Origin: a virus
Taxonomy: Duplodnaviria > Caudoviricetes
Reading direction: 5' to 3' (one strand)
Length of the DNA: 60,814 bases
Virus record (IMG/VR): IMGVR_UViG_3300025168_000090
Coordinates: 1-60,814 of that record
Shown here: in pieces, positions 1 through 9,619 of the stretch
Numbering within the stretch: position 1 is the first letter of the stretch
Layout of the letters: every line of letters begins with the position of its first letter
The notes under the pieces: generated by a model
Seen by the model: the letters and a program-made list of their open reading frames with translations, nothing else
Databases searched by the model: none
What the model was told of the DNA's origin: nothing
Program-made: the position numbers and the translations under genes

Positions 1-275
1 AAACTAATTCTTACGTGTGATTGAGCAGCTAGATTATAAATCTCATCCGGTACACATTTTTGTATAACACTTATTACCGAGGATAAGTCAGTTAAATCTC
101 CATAAACTAAATTTAATTCTTTAAAAACTTTATCTGGTATTCTAGCAGTTTGATTTTCCGCCACAGAGTTTCGTTTTAGTATGCCCCAAACCTCATAACC
201 TTTATTTAATAAAAATTCTGCTAGATAAGAACCATCCTGTCCGTTAATGCCCGTTATTAAAGCTACTTTACTCAT
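1..275 (-). CDS. gmd: GDP-mannose 4,6-dehydratase (3' part truncated by window edge; not in ORF track)
   Basis: Manual translation from ATG at 275: [31 protein letters not shown]...YGDLTD...[17 protein letters not shown], the canonical Gmd N-terminus. Confidence 0.95.
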   Translation of the reverse strand, partial: MSKVALITGINGQDGSYLAEFLLNKGYEVWGILKRNSVAENQTARIPDKVFKELNLVYGDLTDLSSVISVIQKCVPDEIYNLAAQSHVRIS

Positions 276-1053
276 TATGTAGTTTCAGTGTTTTAAAATT
301 ATCCAAATTAGACTTATATAAATCTTTAATTATTCCATGTTGTGAAAAAGGTAACCAACTAGGGTTTTTTTCAGGTGTAAACCACCTAGTAAAATGAAAA
401 ATTCTAGTGGTCTGGTCACACTTCTTCCAAAAACTAACCACTTTTTGTGGAAACTGAACCCAATCGTTAAAATAAATATTTAATATTGGTTGGTCACCGC
501 CACCTTCGATACCAGTATGGTAATTAATTTTTAAGTATTTTTCTCTAAGTTGGTGAAGGTCATTGAAGGTATTAGAGGTAATCAAAGAAGTCTCAAATAA
601 CATACATCCAGAGTTAAAACCAAATTTATCTACATCGTATGTAGAAGACATCTCATCAAATACTGATACGTCTCTATCCCTTTCAAAAAAGTCAGATACT
701 TTATTAGCTTCACCATCACACAATATTTTTCCATCTAAAGACATTAAAAAATTAATATCTTCGGAAAACATAATATCACAATCAACATACAAAACCTTTA
801 CCCAATCCTTAAAATAGTCAGTGAATAAATGGTATTTTATGTGGTAAGAGTGTTCACTAGAATCAACATTTTTAACATAAACCCCCAAATCTGTAAACTC
901 CTTAATTATATTTTCTTCTAAATCATTCGCAATTAAACAGATATCATACATCCATTTACCTTGTCTTATCGCACTACTAATAAGTGCTTTTGCTTCACTA
1001 ACATAATTAGTGTCACATGCTAAGGTTAAAACATAATCCTTTTTTTTCTTCAT
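268..1053 (-). CDS. Glycosyltransferase, GT8-like
   Basis: KVLYVDCD (DxD), FNSGCML, GDQPILN and IFHFT motifs typical of GT8. Confidence 0.85.
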   Translation of the reverse strand: MKKKKDYVLTLACDTNYVSEAKALISSAIRQGKWMYDICLIANDLEENIIKEFTDLGVYVKNVDSSEHSYHIKYHLFTDYFKDWVKVLYVDCDIMFSEDINFLMSLDGKILCDGEANKVSDFFERDRDVSVFDEMSSTYDVDKFGFNSGCMLFETSLITSNTFNDLHQLREKYLKINYHTGIEGGGDQPILNIYFNDWVQFPQKVVSFWKKCDQTTRIFHFTRWFTPEKNPSWLPFSQHGIIKDLYKSNLDNFKTLKLHNE

Positions 1054-1057
1054 AATT

Positions 1058-1924
1058 TTATATTCTTTTTAAAATATTATCACAAATACCTTCTAAACTA
1101 AAGTATTTTGGGTATAATTCTGTTACTCTGTTACTCATACTTTTAATTTTATCTTCACTAAACCCGGATAAAATCGTGTCTAAACTAGAAACTTCATCGG
1201 GACCAATAACCACACAAAACTCACTCCAATCTAACTCATCATCCCAAGGGAGGCAATGTCTGTCAGATATGTAAATTGGTATCGTACCAAATTGCATAGC
1301 TTCATATAACCTAAAAGAAGTAGCACCAAAACCACGAGGACATAAAGCAAAAATACTTCTACTCATTACATCCATAAATTGGTGTTCTTCATTTTCCGGT
1401 ACCTCAGCCCTCCAAAAACCCCTACCACCTATAACATATTTGTTGGGTTGGGTTGTTAGTGGTTGTAAAAGTACTTGTCTTTTATGGGATAGATAACCAA
1501 TGAATGAAGCAAAAATATCCCTATTTTTAGGTTGTGGATTTTTAATAGGAGAACAACATAGAGGTAACCATTTATCTCCCTTATTACCACCAGCAGAGTA
1601 GTGTAGTAGGTCTAAATTATAATTTTCTTGTATTGCGTTGTCGTGTTGGGTTACTGTAAAATACTTAAGGTCTTTATCTAAAGAATCTAAATATTTTTGT
1701 ATTGTACCATCCTTATGTTTATTACCGATATATAAATCGGTCCACCATATGGGTAAAAAATACCTTTCCCCCTTAGTAAATTTTTCTAAATTTTTAATAA
1801 AAAAGTTAAAAAAGTATTCTTCTATGTACGCACCTTCATGGTACGGTGGGTAGGTTGGGTAATTATGAAGATATCTTAAATTTTTAGTCTCCTCTATAAT
1901 TTTTTTTTGAATTTCTATATTCAT
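1058..1924 (-). CDS. Exostosin-family (GT47-like) glycosyltransferase
   Basis: SIFALCPRGFGATSFRLYEAMQFGTIPIYISD...LPWDDELDWSEFCVVI matches the exostosin C-terminal signature. Confidence 0.85.
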   Translation of the reverse strand: MNIEIQKKIIEETKNLRYLHNYPTYPPYHEGAYIEEYFFNFFIKNLEKFTKGERYFLPIWWTDLYIGNKHKDGTIQKYLDSLDKDLKYFTVTQHDNAIQENYNLDLLHYSAGGNKGDKWLPLCCSPIKNPQPKNRDIFASFIGYLSHKRQVLLQPLTTQPNKYVIGGRGFWRAEVPENEEHQFMDVMSRSIFALCPRGFGATSFRLYEAMQFGTIPIYISDRHCLPWDDELDWSEFCVVIGPDEVSSLDTILSGFSEDKIKSMSNRVTELYPKYFSLEGICDNILKRI

Positions 1925-1952
1925 ATTTTATTGTTTGTTTTTGTGTCGTTAA

Positions 1953-2693
1953 TTACCACTTTCCATTATTTATCCCAGTCAACCTAGTTTTGTCCAATTC
2001 TAAATTATTATCGACAACATCAACCAAATATTCTTTCATAGCTTTATGGTAATCTACATGACTTTTATAAAAAGAGTCGTTACTACTAGCGTGTATATAT
2101 TCTAAATCTTTTAGAACATTAATATAGTTACCTTTTTTCATCCATAAGTAAGCAAATACCGCAACCTCTATGTAATTAACATAGCCTACCCAGTCTTTTG
2201 AGATTTCTAGATATTTTTTACGAGGTACCAAATAATTTCCACCATTAAATAGATGACCTTCTCTAGGGATAGATTTTATATCTTCTTTACCCCATATACG
2301 AGGTGTAAATTCCCACCTATTACCATTAACTATACTACAACATGGATTATATATTGTATTTTCTTTTAATTCGGTATTTTTTAAAAGTTCTATATATCTT
2401 CTAGGTAAAAAATTATCTGAATCTAGTAAGATACACCAGTCGTTTGTGGCTTTTTCTAAAGCTAAATGTTTATTGTGGAAAGCACCCACGTTTTTTTCGT
2501 TTCTATATAACTTAACATTTGGGTATTGTTTACACCACTCAGTTAATACATCATGTACATTTTTACCATCGTATAATTCAGTAGACGCATCATCATTTAC
2601 AATAATTTCATCTACCATGTCGTGAACTTCTTGTATCGCACTTGCAATACTTTTAAATCTATTATAATTGGTCAGTACTAAAGAAAACTTCAT
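1953..2693 (-). CDS. Glycosyltransferase family 2
   Basis: SLVLTNYNR, IIVNDDAST, NEKNVG, CILLDSDN. Confidence 0.9.
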   Translation of the reverse strand: MKFSLVLTNYNRFKSIASAIQEVHDMVDEIIVNDDASTELYDGKNVHDVLTEWCKQYPNVKLYRNEKNVGAFHNKHLALEKATNDWCILLDSDNFLPRRYIELLKNTELKENTIYNPCCSIVNGNRWEFTPRIWGKEDIKSIPREGHLFNGGNYLVPRKKYLEISKDWVGYVNYIEVAVFAYLWMKKGNYINVLKDLEYIHASSNDSFYKSHVDYHKAMKEYLVDVVDNNLELDKTRLTGINNGKW

Positions 2694-2737
2694 TTATTTT
2701 TATTTTAAGTTTAGTTATTTTCTTTAATAAAGTAAAT

Positions 2738-3529
2738 TTATAAGGGTAATGTTGTTATTATTTTTTGTGTGGTCCTAAATGAGCCAAGCACCGAACAATT
2801 TTCTTCAAACCACCTAACACAGGACCTAGACATCTCCTCCCACTTATACTGGTCTATCCCATCAAGAGAAGACTTTAATTTTTCTGGTGAATCCACAAAT
2901 ATATAGTGAATACCTTCTACTAAAGGGTTAAAGTAGTTTAAATCTACACCAGGAGTTATGATAGGTACAACACCTAAGGCCATAAGCTCAATCTCACGAT
3001 TACATTTAGGGCCGTAACCTGGTAAACACAAACCAAATTTAGACTTTCTTAACAAATCTAAATATTCTTGTTGAGTGTACTTGTAGGGTGTTATTGGGTA
3101 CCCTTGAGAAATAGGCATTTCAAATAAATCTATACTTGTAGACCAGTCTACGGAGGTTCTTTTTTTTAGTTGTACGGGATTTTCCACCTTACCAACAAAA
3201 ATACTACCAATCGTACGTTTGGGATATGATAAATATTCTTTTTTTCTAAACTCCTCTAACACCCTAGGTCTACGAGCCCAAAAAATCCATGGAGAAGCGG
3301 TAGAAAAATTAGGTACGGTATTACCAAATAAACCAAAATTAAAAGTTTCTGGTAAAAAATCTAATATGGGTCGGTCATACAATAAAATATTACCAGGACC
3401 ATCAACCCAAACATTTCTAATATTTGGTGTTGGGATTACCTCACATAGATTATTTTCACCCCACATATCTAATAACTCTCTAAAAGTATCACCACCGTGA
3501 CCGTCATGTATGGGTTTTAATATTTTCAT
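2738..3529 (-). CDS. Exostosin/GT-B-like glycosyltransferase
   Basis: EYLDLLRKSKFGLCLPGYGPKCNREIELMALGVVPI resembles the GT47/GT-B nucleotide-sugar binding motif; lies in a GT operon. Confidence 0.7.
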   Translation of the reverse strand: MKILKPIHDGHGGDTFRELLDMWGENNLCEVIPTPNIRNVWVDGPGNILLYDRPILDFLPETFNFGLFGNTVPNFSTASPWIFWARRPRVLEEFRKKEYLSYPKRTIGSIFVGKVENPVQLKKRTSVDWSTSIDLFEMPISQGYPITPYKYTQQEYLDLLRKSKFGLCLPGYGPKCNREIELMALGVVPIITPGVDLNYFNPLVEGIHYIFVDSPEKLKSSLDGIDQYKWEEMSRSCVRWFEENCSVLGSFRTTQKIITTLPL

Positions 3530-4179
3530 AACTTTAATTTTTCCCTAACCAGTTCCAACAAGTTAATCTTATTTTCTAAACCTACTGTCCAGTTAGAATG
3601 GTGAACTAACACACCCTTAGGTATTGTAAAGTCTTGACCATTCCATTGTCTAGCGTTAGTAGAGGCTGCGACAGTAAAATATTGATTTGTGGGTAATTTT
3701 TTTTCTTTTATATTTAAATTAAACTTATGTTGGTTATTTAATAGGTGATTCATAGCGGTTTGGTCGTGGTCAAATTTGGGGGTGGTCTCCAAAACCAACT
3801 CCATAAATTTCTTAACTTGTTTATTTCTTTTAGCTATAAAAAAACCAGCACATCTACAAACTATGTCGTCCTGAAACGCTATATCGTGGTCACCTAACTC
3901 ACTAAGTAAAGACTCTTTAAAGTCACCAAAAAATTGAATATCACAATCTGCAAATACAAAAGGTTCGTCACTAGAATCAAAGTTTTCTAAAATAAATTTA
4001 ATTTTTTCTAACATTGTTTCGTTAAATCCTGTAGAATCATAATCACCAGTTTTAGATAATTGAGTAATTTCTTTTGATTTTAAAATGAATGAGTTTTTAA
4101 GATGTTTATCGTATGATTCTAAAAAATAATTTTCATACATTGATTTGTGTGAGTCTGAGTAAAAAGTTAGTAAATCCAT
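3526..4179 (-). CDS. Nucleotide-diphospho-sugar transferase (GT77-like)
   Basis: FVFADCDIQFF, IAFQDD..CAGFF, DQTAMN, VHHSNW. Confidence 0.75.
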   Translation of the reverse strand: MDLLTFYSDSHKSMYENYFLESYDKHLKNSFILKSKEITQLSKTGDYDSTGFNETMLEKIKFILENFDSSDEPFVFADCDIQFFGDFKESLLSELGDHDIAFQDDIVCRCAGFFIAKRNKQVKKFMELVLETTPKFDHDQTAMNHLLNNQHKFNLNIKEKKLPTNQYFTVAASTNARQWNGQDFTIPKGVLVHHSNWTVGLENKINLLELVREKLKL

Positions 4180-4182
4180 AGT

Positions 4183-5037
4183 CTATAATTTAAAAAGTGA
4201 CTTTATATAATGACGGAGTCTATTCTGTGGACTCCAATCCAAACGTTCTATAGTGTCGTTATTTTCTCTTAAAGTCTCTCTGTAATTACCTTCTTGGTTT
4301 GGTAAGTACTCACACTCAACCCCTGTATATTCCTTAAACATTTCGTAAACTTCATTTAATGAATAATTAATACCAGTACCTAACTCCCAAGCATCCTCAT
4401 GAAAACCATTATAATTATTTATTTTTATTAACCCATCCGCTATGTCGTCCACGTGAGTAAAATCCCGTCTTTGTTCACCATCACCAACAATAGTAATAGG
4501 TTCACTATCTCTAATTTGTCTTCTCCATATCCCTATAACAGCCGCCCACTTACCATCTACAATTTCGTTAGGACCATAAACATTATAAAACCTAGCTATA
4601 TCTACATTTAAACCATATGTTCTTCTGTACATTTTACAAACTTCTTCACCTAAATGTTTATACATAGCGTATGGTGATTGGTATGGGTCGTGCCATTTTG
4701 ATGACGACCCAGCATATATTACTTTTATTTTATTTAGTCTTGCCCACTCACAAACAGATTCTGTACCTTTTAGATTAACCCTAAAAGTTTCTGTAGGGTC
4801 ATCAAAAGAAGGTTGTATTCTACTAAGACCAGCCAGATGAAAACAAACATCAAAATCACCACCGACTTTAGATATGTCTACCACATCCATTTTATGGTAA
4901 GTACACCCCATAACCTCATTTAACTTTGTGCCGGTAGAATAATCATCTAAACAACTAACTTGATGACCATAAGAAATTAATTTTTTAATTAGGTTAACAC
5001 CAACAAAACCCACACCTCCTGTTACTAATATTTTCAT
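4183..5037 (-). CDS. NAD-dependent nucleotide-sugar epimerase/dehydratase
   Basis: ILVTGGVGFVG Rossmann motif, FHLAG, SPYAMYK (YxxxK), RFYNVYGP, GDGEQRRDFTHVDD. Confidence 0.95.
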   Translation of the reverse strand: MKILVTGGVGFVGVNLIKKLISYGHQVSCLDDYSTGTKLNEVMGCTYHKMDVVDISKVGGDFDVCFHLAGLSRIQPSFDDPTETFRVNLKGTESVCEWARLNKIKVIYAGSSSKWHDPYQSPYAMYKHLGEEVCKMYRRTYGLNVDIARFYNVYGPNEIVDGKWAAVIGIWRRQIRDSEPITIVGDGEQRRDFTHVDDIADGLIKINNYNGFHEDAWELGTGINYSLNEVYEMFKEYTGVECEYLPNQEGNYRETLRENNDTIERLDWSPQNRLRHYIKSLFKL

Positions 5038-5058
5038 TTTATTATAATTTATAATTTA

Positions 5059-5697
5059 TTAAGGATAAACATAAAAATAAGGTGGTGGAACCACCTCTTT
5101 ATTCTCATCATGTTCTTTAGTACCAACAAAAGTTTCAGTATAATTTCTTTTTTTGGTTTCATGGACATGTATAGATTGTATTAAATCACAATCATTAGTT
5201 AAATCATAACCAGAGTTTTTAAATTCCCACGCTATCCTATTATCACACCCTAACTTACCCAGATAAAAATCAGTATTATCTAAGTTACCCATCTTACCCA
5301 ACCAAATCCAACTATCTTGACAGTCTCCACGTCTTGTTTGTATAAAGGGTTTCCCACCGTTATATTCCCATCTCAATAATGTAACAACCTTATTTGTTAA
5401 TTTTAAATTGTTTAAATTACTTAAAGTTTCGTTAAAAAATATATCAGTATTCGTCAATATATTAACATCGTTTTCTTCTGTTACATTATTTATTGACTCG
5501 AAAAAATCTTTAAATTTAGGTCTAGAAAACTTTATTTCTTTTATTTTAGAATTCTCTAACGGTAAAGAGTCCGTTTCATTAAGAATTAAAATCTCTTCTA
5601 TTAAAGGGTTGTTAACATTTTGTTCAATACAGAACTCCAGTTCTTTCTGCCTTTTTGGGTCGGAGTCTATATAGTAAGAAGTAATTAATCTAATCAT
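5059..5697 (-). CDS. Hypothetical protein, probable GT-A-fold glycosyltransferase
   Basis: ILTNTDIFF (DxD-like), QDSWIW, LGKLGCDNRIAW, SIHVH; embedded in the GT operon. Confidence 0.5.
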   Translation of the reverse strand: MIRLITSYYIDSDPKRQKELEFCIEQNVNNPLIEEILILNETDSLPLENSKIKEIKFSRPKFKDFFESINNVTEENDVNILTNTDIFFNETLSNLNNLKLTNKVVTLLRWEYNGGKPFIQTRRGDCQDSWIWLGKMGNLDNTDFYLGKLGCDNRIAWEFKNSGYDLTNDCDLIQSIHVHETKKRNYTETFVGTKEHDENKEVVPPPYFYVYP

Positions 5698-5699
5698 AT

Positions 5700-7133
5700 T
5701 TATGTGAAAATATTAAAACCAGAATTATTATTTTTAAGGGGTTGGTATGTTGGTGTCTCTTTAAGTAAATTATTTTTAACTAGTATTTTTTTGTGTAGCT
5801 CCTCCATATTTTGATTTGCTATGGTAGATACCGTACCTTCTTTTTCATGATGAAAGTAAACAAATAATGGCTTAGGTATTCTTTTACCGACATAACCTTT
5901 TTGCATCATCCTTAACCAAAAGTCATAATCCTCCCAACCCTTTAAAGATTCATCAAAACCACCGATAGAATCAAAAGATTCTCTACTAAACATAGAGCAA
6001 TTTACAATAAAAGGACCTTGTACAAGTCTTTCTTTAGACCATTCAGGTCTTTTTTCCATACCTTTCATTTCACCCTCATGAATAGTATCACAATAAACAG
6101 GACTAATGTTTTTATCTCTAAGTATGGTCTTTACACATTCCTCCACATAAGTAGGTAACATTATATCGTCAGAATCCAGAGGTAATATGTAATCACCAGT
6201 AGAAATCTTTATACCTTCATTTCTTGCGTTAGAAGGACCACCATTTTTTTGTCTAATTACTTTGGTATTAGGTATGTCTAGATTATCCAGTTTCAATTTC
6301 GTAAATGGGTCAGTAGAACCATCATCGATAACAATAATTTCTAAATTTTGGTATGTTTGGTCAAACACAGATGTTAGTGCTGTGTCTAAAGTTTTACCGT
6401 AGTTATAAACCGGTATAATTATTGAAATTAAGGGTTTGTTCTTTTTAAATTTTAATTCTTTAAATTTTATACTTTCTAAAAGTGGTAAAGAATCAGTATA
6501 TCTTTCACTAAAATTAATTCTATTTTGTTCCCACTCCTCATTAGTTTGACCAATAGATAAGTGAGTAATATCAATATTAGATATTACACCAATTTTAACA
6601 CCCTCTAAGTAATTTTGTACACAAAAAGCTAGGTCATAAAAGTGAAATCCTAGAACTGTTTCATCGAAAGACTTCTTAATTTTATTTTTATCTATAGCAA
6701 AAAATAAACCATCCACTAAAACAGCTGGTAATATATCAGACCCAAACTTTCTATTGTATGTTGATAACCATCGTTTACCTTCATTTTCGTGATATACCTG
6801 ACCCATCATTTCTGGTGGAAGTTCCCACCATTTAGCCGAACTAGGTAAATACCTACAACCAGCAACACCAATTATACCAAAGTCACTTCTACTAAAATGA
6901 TTTAAAAGTTTTCTTCCCCAGTTCTTGGTATCAAACTTAATATCGTCATGACAAAATAAAACAATATCGTTAGTTGCGTCTTTAAGACCTTTATTATAAA
7001 CTTCAGTTAAAGAGTATTCACCATTATTTTCGTAAGGTAATATTTGTATTTTATATACACCAGAAGTTTTTTCTATTGTAGATATAAAATCTTTATTTAT
7101 TTTTTTGGTACTAATTACTACTGATAATGACAT
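5700..7133 (-). CDS. Two-domain glycosyltransferase (GT2-like + GT2)
   Basis: N-domain: SLTEVYNKG, VLFCHDDI, VDGLFFA, FHFYD. C-domain: ISIIIPVYN, VIDDGSTD, NGGPSNARN, LPLDSDD, GWEDYDFWLR. Confidence 0.9.
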   Translation of the reverse strand: MSLSVVISTKKINKDFISTIEKTSGVYKIQILPYENNGEYSLTEVYNKGLKDATNDIVLFCHDDIKFDTKNWGRKLLNHFSRSDFGIIGVAGCRYLPSSAKWWELPPEMMGQVYHENEGKRWLSTYNRKFGSDILPAVLVDGLFFAIDKNKIKKSFDETVLGFHFYDLAFCVQNYLEGVKIGVISNIDITHLSIGQTNEEWEQNRINFSERYTDSLPLLESIKFKELKFKKNKPLISIIIPVYNYGKTLDTALTSVFDQTYQNLEIIVIDDGSTDPFTKLKLDNLDIPNTKVIRQKNGGPSNARNEGIKISTGDYILPLDSDDIMLPTYVEECVKTILRDKNISPVYCDTIHEGEMKGMEKRPEWSKERLVQGPFIVNCSMFSRESFDSIGGFDESLKGWEDYDFWLRMMQKGYVGKRIPKPLFVYFHHEKEGTVSTIANQNMEELHKKILVKNNLLKETPTYQPLKNNNSGFNIFT

Positions 7134-8008
7134 TATTTTTTATTTTGATTAATTATTGCTCTACCTTCCATATGTTCCCAGTCACGATTATTTCTAACAC
7201 TATTATTCTTTTTGTCGGTCGCTTGGAGCATTATAGGTGTTACGTCAGAATCCAAGCCCATAGCCACCTTTATTAAAGCTTTAACATCTTTAGGGAAACA
7301 ATGACCACCATACCCAAAGTCCCCATCAGGTCCCGGTACATCCCAATGTGAATACCCTAACCTTTCATCATGTTTTGCGTACTCAATTACCTTATCATAA
7401 TCAATATTTAAATGTTTACATATTTCGTACATTTCATTCGCAAATGATACTTTAGTCGCAAGAAATGAATTCGTAACATATTTTACCATTTCCGCATAAC
7501 TAGAGTCGGTTTTTATTATTTTAACTTTTGGAAAAGCTTTAGAAAAAATTGGTTTTACTAAAGCTGTTATATTATTATCCCCACCTAAAATAGTCCTACT
7601 TTGGTTTTTGTAATCTTCTATTGCGTTAGCTTCAGTTAAAAACTCTGGGTTAAAAACAAATTTAATTTGTGGGTAGTTTTTTTGAAGTTTTTTTGTGGTA
7701 CCAGGTGGTACGGTTGACTTTATCACAACAATACGTTGTTCGTTACCATAATAATCCTTTTCAATACAAATAGGTGATATCTGAGATAATACTGATTCTA
7801 TAATCCCTATATGACACGTACCGTCACGTTCCATAGGTGTTGGTAGACATAGAAATATTATTTTACATCTTTCTACCACCTCATCTAAACTATTACTACA
7901 TTTACCGTTTTTATCGTGAGTTAGTACGGTAAAAAAATTTTGTAGACCTTCTTTTACTGCTGTACCCACAAAACCCTGACCTATAATACCTATTTTTTCT
8001 ATTTTCAT
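7133..8008 (-). CDS. UDP-glucose/GDP-mannose dehydrogenase family protein (short form)
   Basis: IGIIGQGFVG, CLPTP, IKSTVPPGTT, FNPEFLTE, AEMVKYVTNSFLATKVSFANE, catalytic GYGGHCFPKD. Confidence 0.9.
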   Translation of the reverse strand: MKIEKIGIIGQGFVGTAVKEGLQNFFTVLTHDKNGKCSNSLDEVVERCKIIFLCLPTPMERDGTCHIGIIESVLSQISPICIEKDYYGNEQRIVVIKSTVPPGTTKKLQKNYPQIKFVFNPEFLTEANAIEDYKNQSRTILGGDNNITALVKPIFSKAFPKVKIIKTDSSYAEMVKYVTNSFLATKVSFANEMYEICKHLNIDYDKVIEYAKHDERLGYSHWDVPGPDGDFGYGGHCFPKDVKALIKVAMGLDSDVTPIMLQATDKKNNSVRNNRDWEHMEGRAIINQNKK

Positions 8009-8014
8009 CTTTAA

Positions 8015-8617
8015 TTATTTTACACCGGTAGAACCAAATCCACCATCTCCTCTTAAGGTGTTATCTAAGTTATTTAACTTAGTTAGTTTTGCCCATCTAC
8101 CAGAAATTACTGGTGATACAACTGCTTGAGCTACTCTGTCACCATTTTTTACGACAAAATCTTCGTTACTTAAATTAATTAGTATAATTTTTATTTCCCC
8201 ACTATAACCCCTATCTACAGTACCTGGGGTGTTTAAAACACTGATACCGTTTTTTGCTGCTAAACCGCTTCTAGGTCTAACTTGGATTTCATAACTTTCT
8301 GGGAGTTCGAAATGAATACCTGTAGGGACCAAACTTCGTTCTAGAGATTTTAAAACTAAATCATTTTCTAAATTAGCTCTAAGGTCAAACCCACTATCAT
8401 CTAGGTACTTATAAGTTGGGTCTGGATTAGAGGACTTATTTAGGAAGTTAATCTTAACCTTAAGTCTCTCCTTAGCAGACTCAATAGCACTTTCTTGTAA
8501 CCCATCTAAAACACCACCATCGATACCTAATTGTTTAAGTACGAGTTCATCACTTAATGATTTCCCCTCATCCAATCCAGTAATCTTATCCCAAGTAGAA
8601 CTATTCTTCTTATCCAT
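8015..8617 (-). CDS. dut: dUTP diphosphatase (trimeric) with N-terminal extension
   Basis: SGFDLRA, QVRPRSGLA, PGTVDRGYSGEI, GDRVAQ, RGDGGFGSTG (motifs 1-5). Confidence 0.97.
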   Translation of the reverse strand: MDKKNSSTWDKITGLDEGKSLSDELVLKQLGIDGGVLDGLQESAIESAKERLKVKINFLNKSSNPDPTYKYLDDSGFDLRANLENDLVLKSLERSLVPTGIHFELPESYEIQVRPRSGLAAKNGISVLNTPGTVDRGYSGEIKIILINLSNEDFVVKNGDRVAQAVVSPVISGRWAKLTKLNNLDNTLRGDGGFGSTGVK

Positions 8618-8840
8618 AATACTTAGGGGTTAATTCTGGGTGTAAAAAATCCTCGAAAGGAGCCTTAGCGATAGACACAACTTCCGAATCCCTAGTGTCT
8701 TCCGATAGGTATGTGGCTAATCTTTTATTGACCTCGAAAAGAGATTCAGCTTCTACAACATATTTAAATTTTTTAACTTTGGCTTGTCCTTCGTTATCTA
8801 TAACTCCAGTTTCGAATGCCACGATTGCTTGATAATACAT
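8610..8840 (-). CDS. DUF4494-like small protein (start revised to MYYQAIVAF)
   Basis: ATG at 8840 lies just after the CDGSH gene stop; the sequence (EGQAKVKKFKYVVEAESLFEVNKRL...EVVSIAKA) resembles the Bacteroidota/phage DUF4494 pattern. Confidence 0.55.
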   Translation of the reverse strand: MYYQAIVAFETGVIDNEGQAKVKKFKYVVEAESLFEVNKRLATYLSEDTRDSEVVSIAKAPFEDFLHPELTPKYYG

Positions 8841-8844
8841 ATTT

Positions 8845-9024
8845 TTATCCTTTGAATTTTTCTGATTTATGTGTTCCATCACACATTGGTTGGGTCTTAC
8901 TTTTCCCACATCTACACAATGCATAATTTTCACTTACTACTACTTTTTCACCACCTTTTGTTACTGTGGTTTCTCCTTTGACCAAGATAGGCCCATTTTC
9001 CATAATGTTAATTTCTACTGCCAT
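8845..9024 (-). CDS. CDGSH iron-sulfur domain protein, 59 aa (not in ORF track)
   Basis: Manual translation MAVEINIMENGPILVKGETTVTKGGEKVVVSENYALCRCGKSKTQPMCDGTHKSEKFKG*; exact C-x-C-x2-S-x3-P-x-C-D-G-T-H motif plus the NGP-x-x-V-x-G lead motif. Confidence 0.92.
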   Translation of the reverse strand: MAVEINIMENGPILVKGETTVTKGGEKVVVSENYALCRCGKSKTQPMCDGTHKSEKFKG

Positions 9025-9038
9025 TTTTTTAATTTTAT

Positions 9039-9176
9039 TTATTTATTCTTTTTATCAAAATTCTCCATGTCCTTCATGAATTTTTTTTGTCGTTCTACTC
9101 TTTGTCCTTCAGCTATAGCATATCTACCTAATAGTGTTGTTATTCCGATAACTGTTAATAATATTAATACCCACAT
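9039..9176 (-). CDS. Small single-pass membrane protein, 45 aa (not in ORF track)
   Basis: MWVLILLTVIGITTLLGRYAIAEGQRVERQKKFMKDMENFDKKNK*; fills the gap exactly, abutting the upstream stop at 9177. Confidence 0.65.
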   Translation of the reverse strand: MWVLILLTVIGITTLLGRYAIAEGQRVERQKKFMKDMENFDKKNK

Positions 9177-9608
9177 TTACATATATTCGTTAACTGCTTC
9201 GTAAATTAACTCTTGTTCTTCTTCATTAAAGTTATCTTCACCTTCTACAAATGTAACATCACCCCCGTGTTCATCACTATACTCCTCAACTATAAACTTA
9301 TGTTCACCATAAGAACCGTAAGCCTCAAATTTAAAAGCAAACCAAGTTTCATAATTATTCTCTATATATACTTTATCAGTGCCAGCCTCTTCTACAGAGT
9401 CTACGTAAGTCATATCATCCAACTGCTCAAAAATATTATCTTTATCTTCATCAGTGAAATTTTTTTCACCTTCCATGTAAACAAGTTCTCTATCATCATT
9501 CATGTCTTGCATACTTGCTTTAAAATCTTTTCCCTTATATTTCCCAATATAAGTGTGTTTGCCCTCTTCGTGGGTCTTTATTTTGTCATTAATTACTACT
9601 TCTGCCAT
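9177..9608 (-). CDS. Acidic hypothetical protein with internal duplication
   Basis: Two similar halves ending ...YMEGEKNFTDEDKDNIFE and ...FVEGEDNFNEEEQELIYE. Confidence 0.75.
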   Translation of the reverse strand: MAEVVINDKIKTHEEGKHTYIGKYKGKDFKASMQDMNDDRELVYMEGEKNFTDEDKDNIFEQLDDMTYVDSVEEAGTDKVYIENNYETWFAFKFEAYGSYGEHKFIVEEYSDEHGGDVTFVEGEDNFNEEEQELIYEAVNEYM

Positions 9609-9619
9609 TTTTTAATTTT

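Noticed and set aside
8841-8933. N-terminal extension of ORF 8610-8933 (MKIMHCVDVG...)
   Set aside because: It is an alternate-frame reading of the CDGSH gene; the better start is ATG 8840
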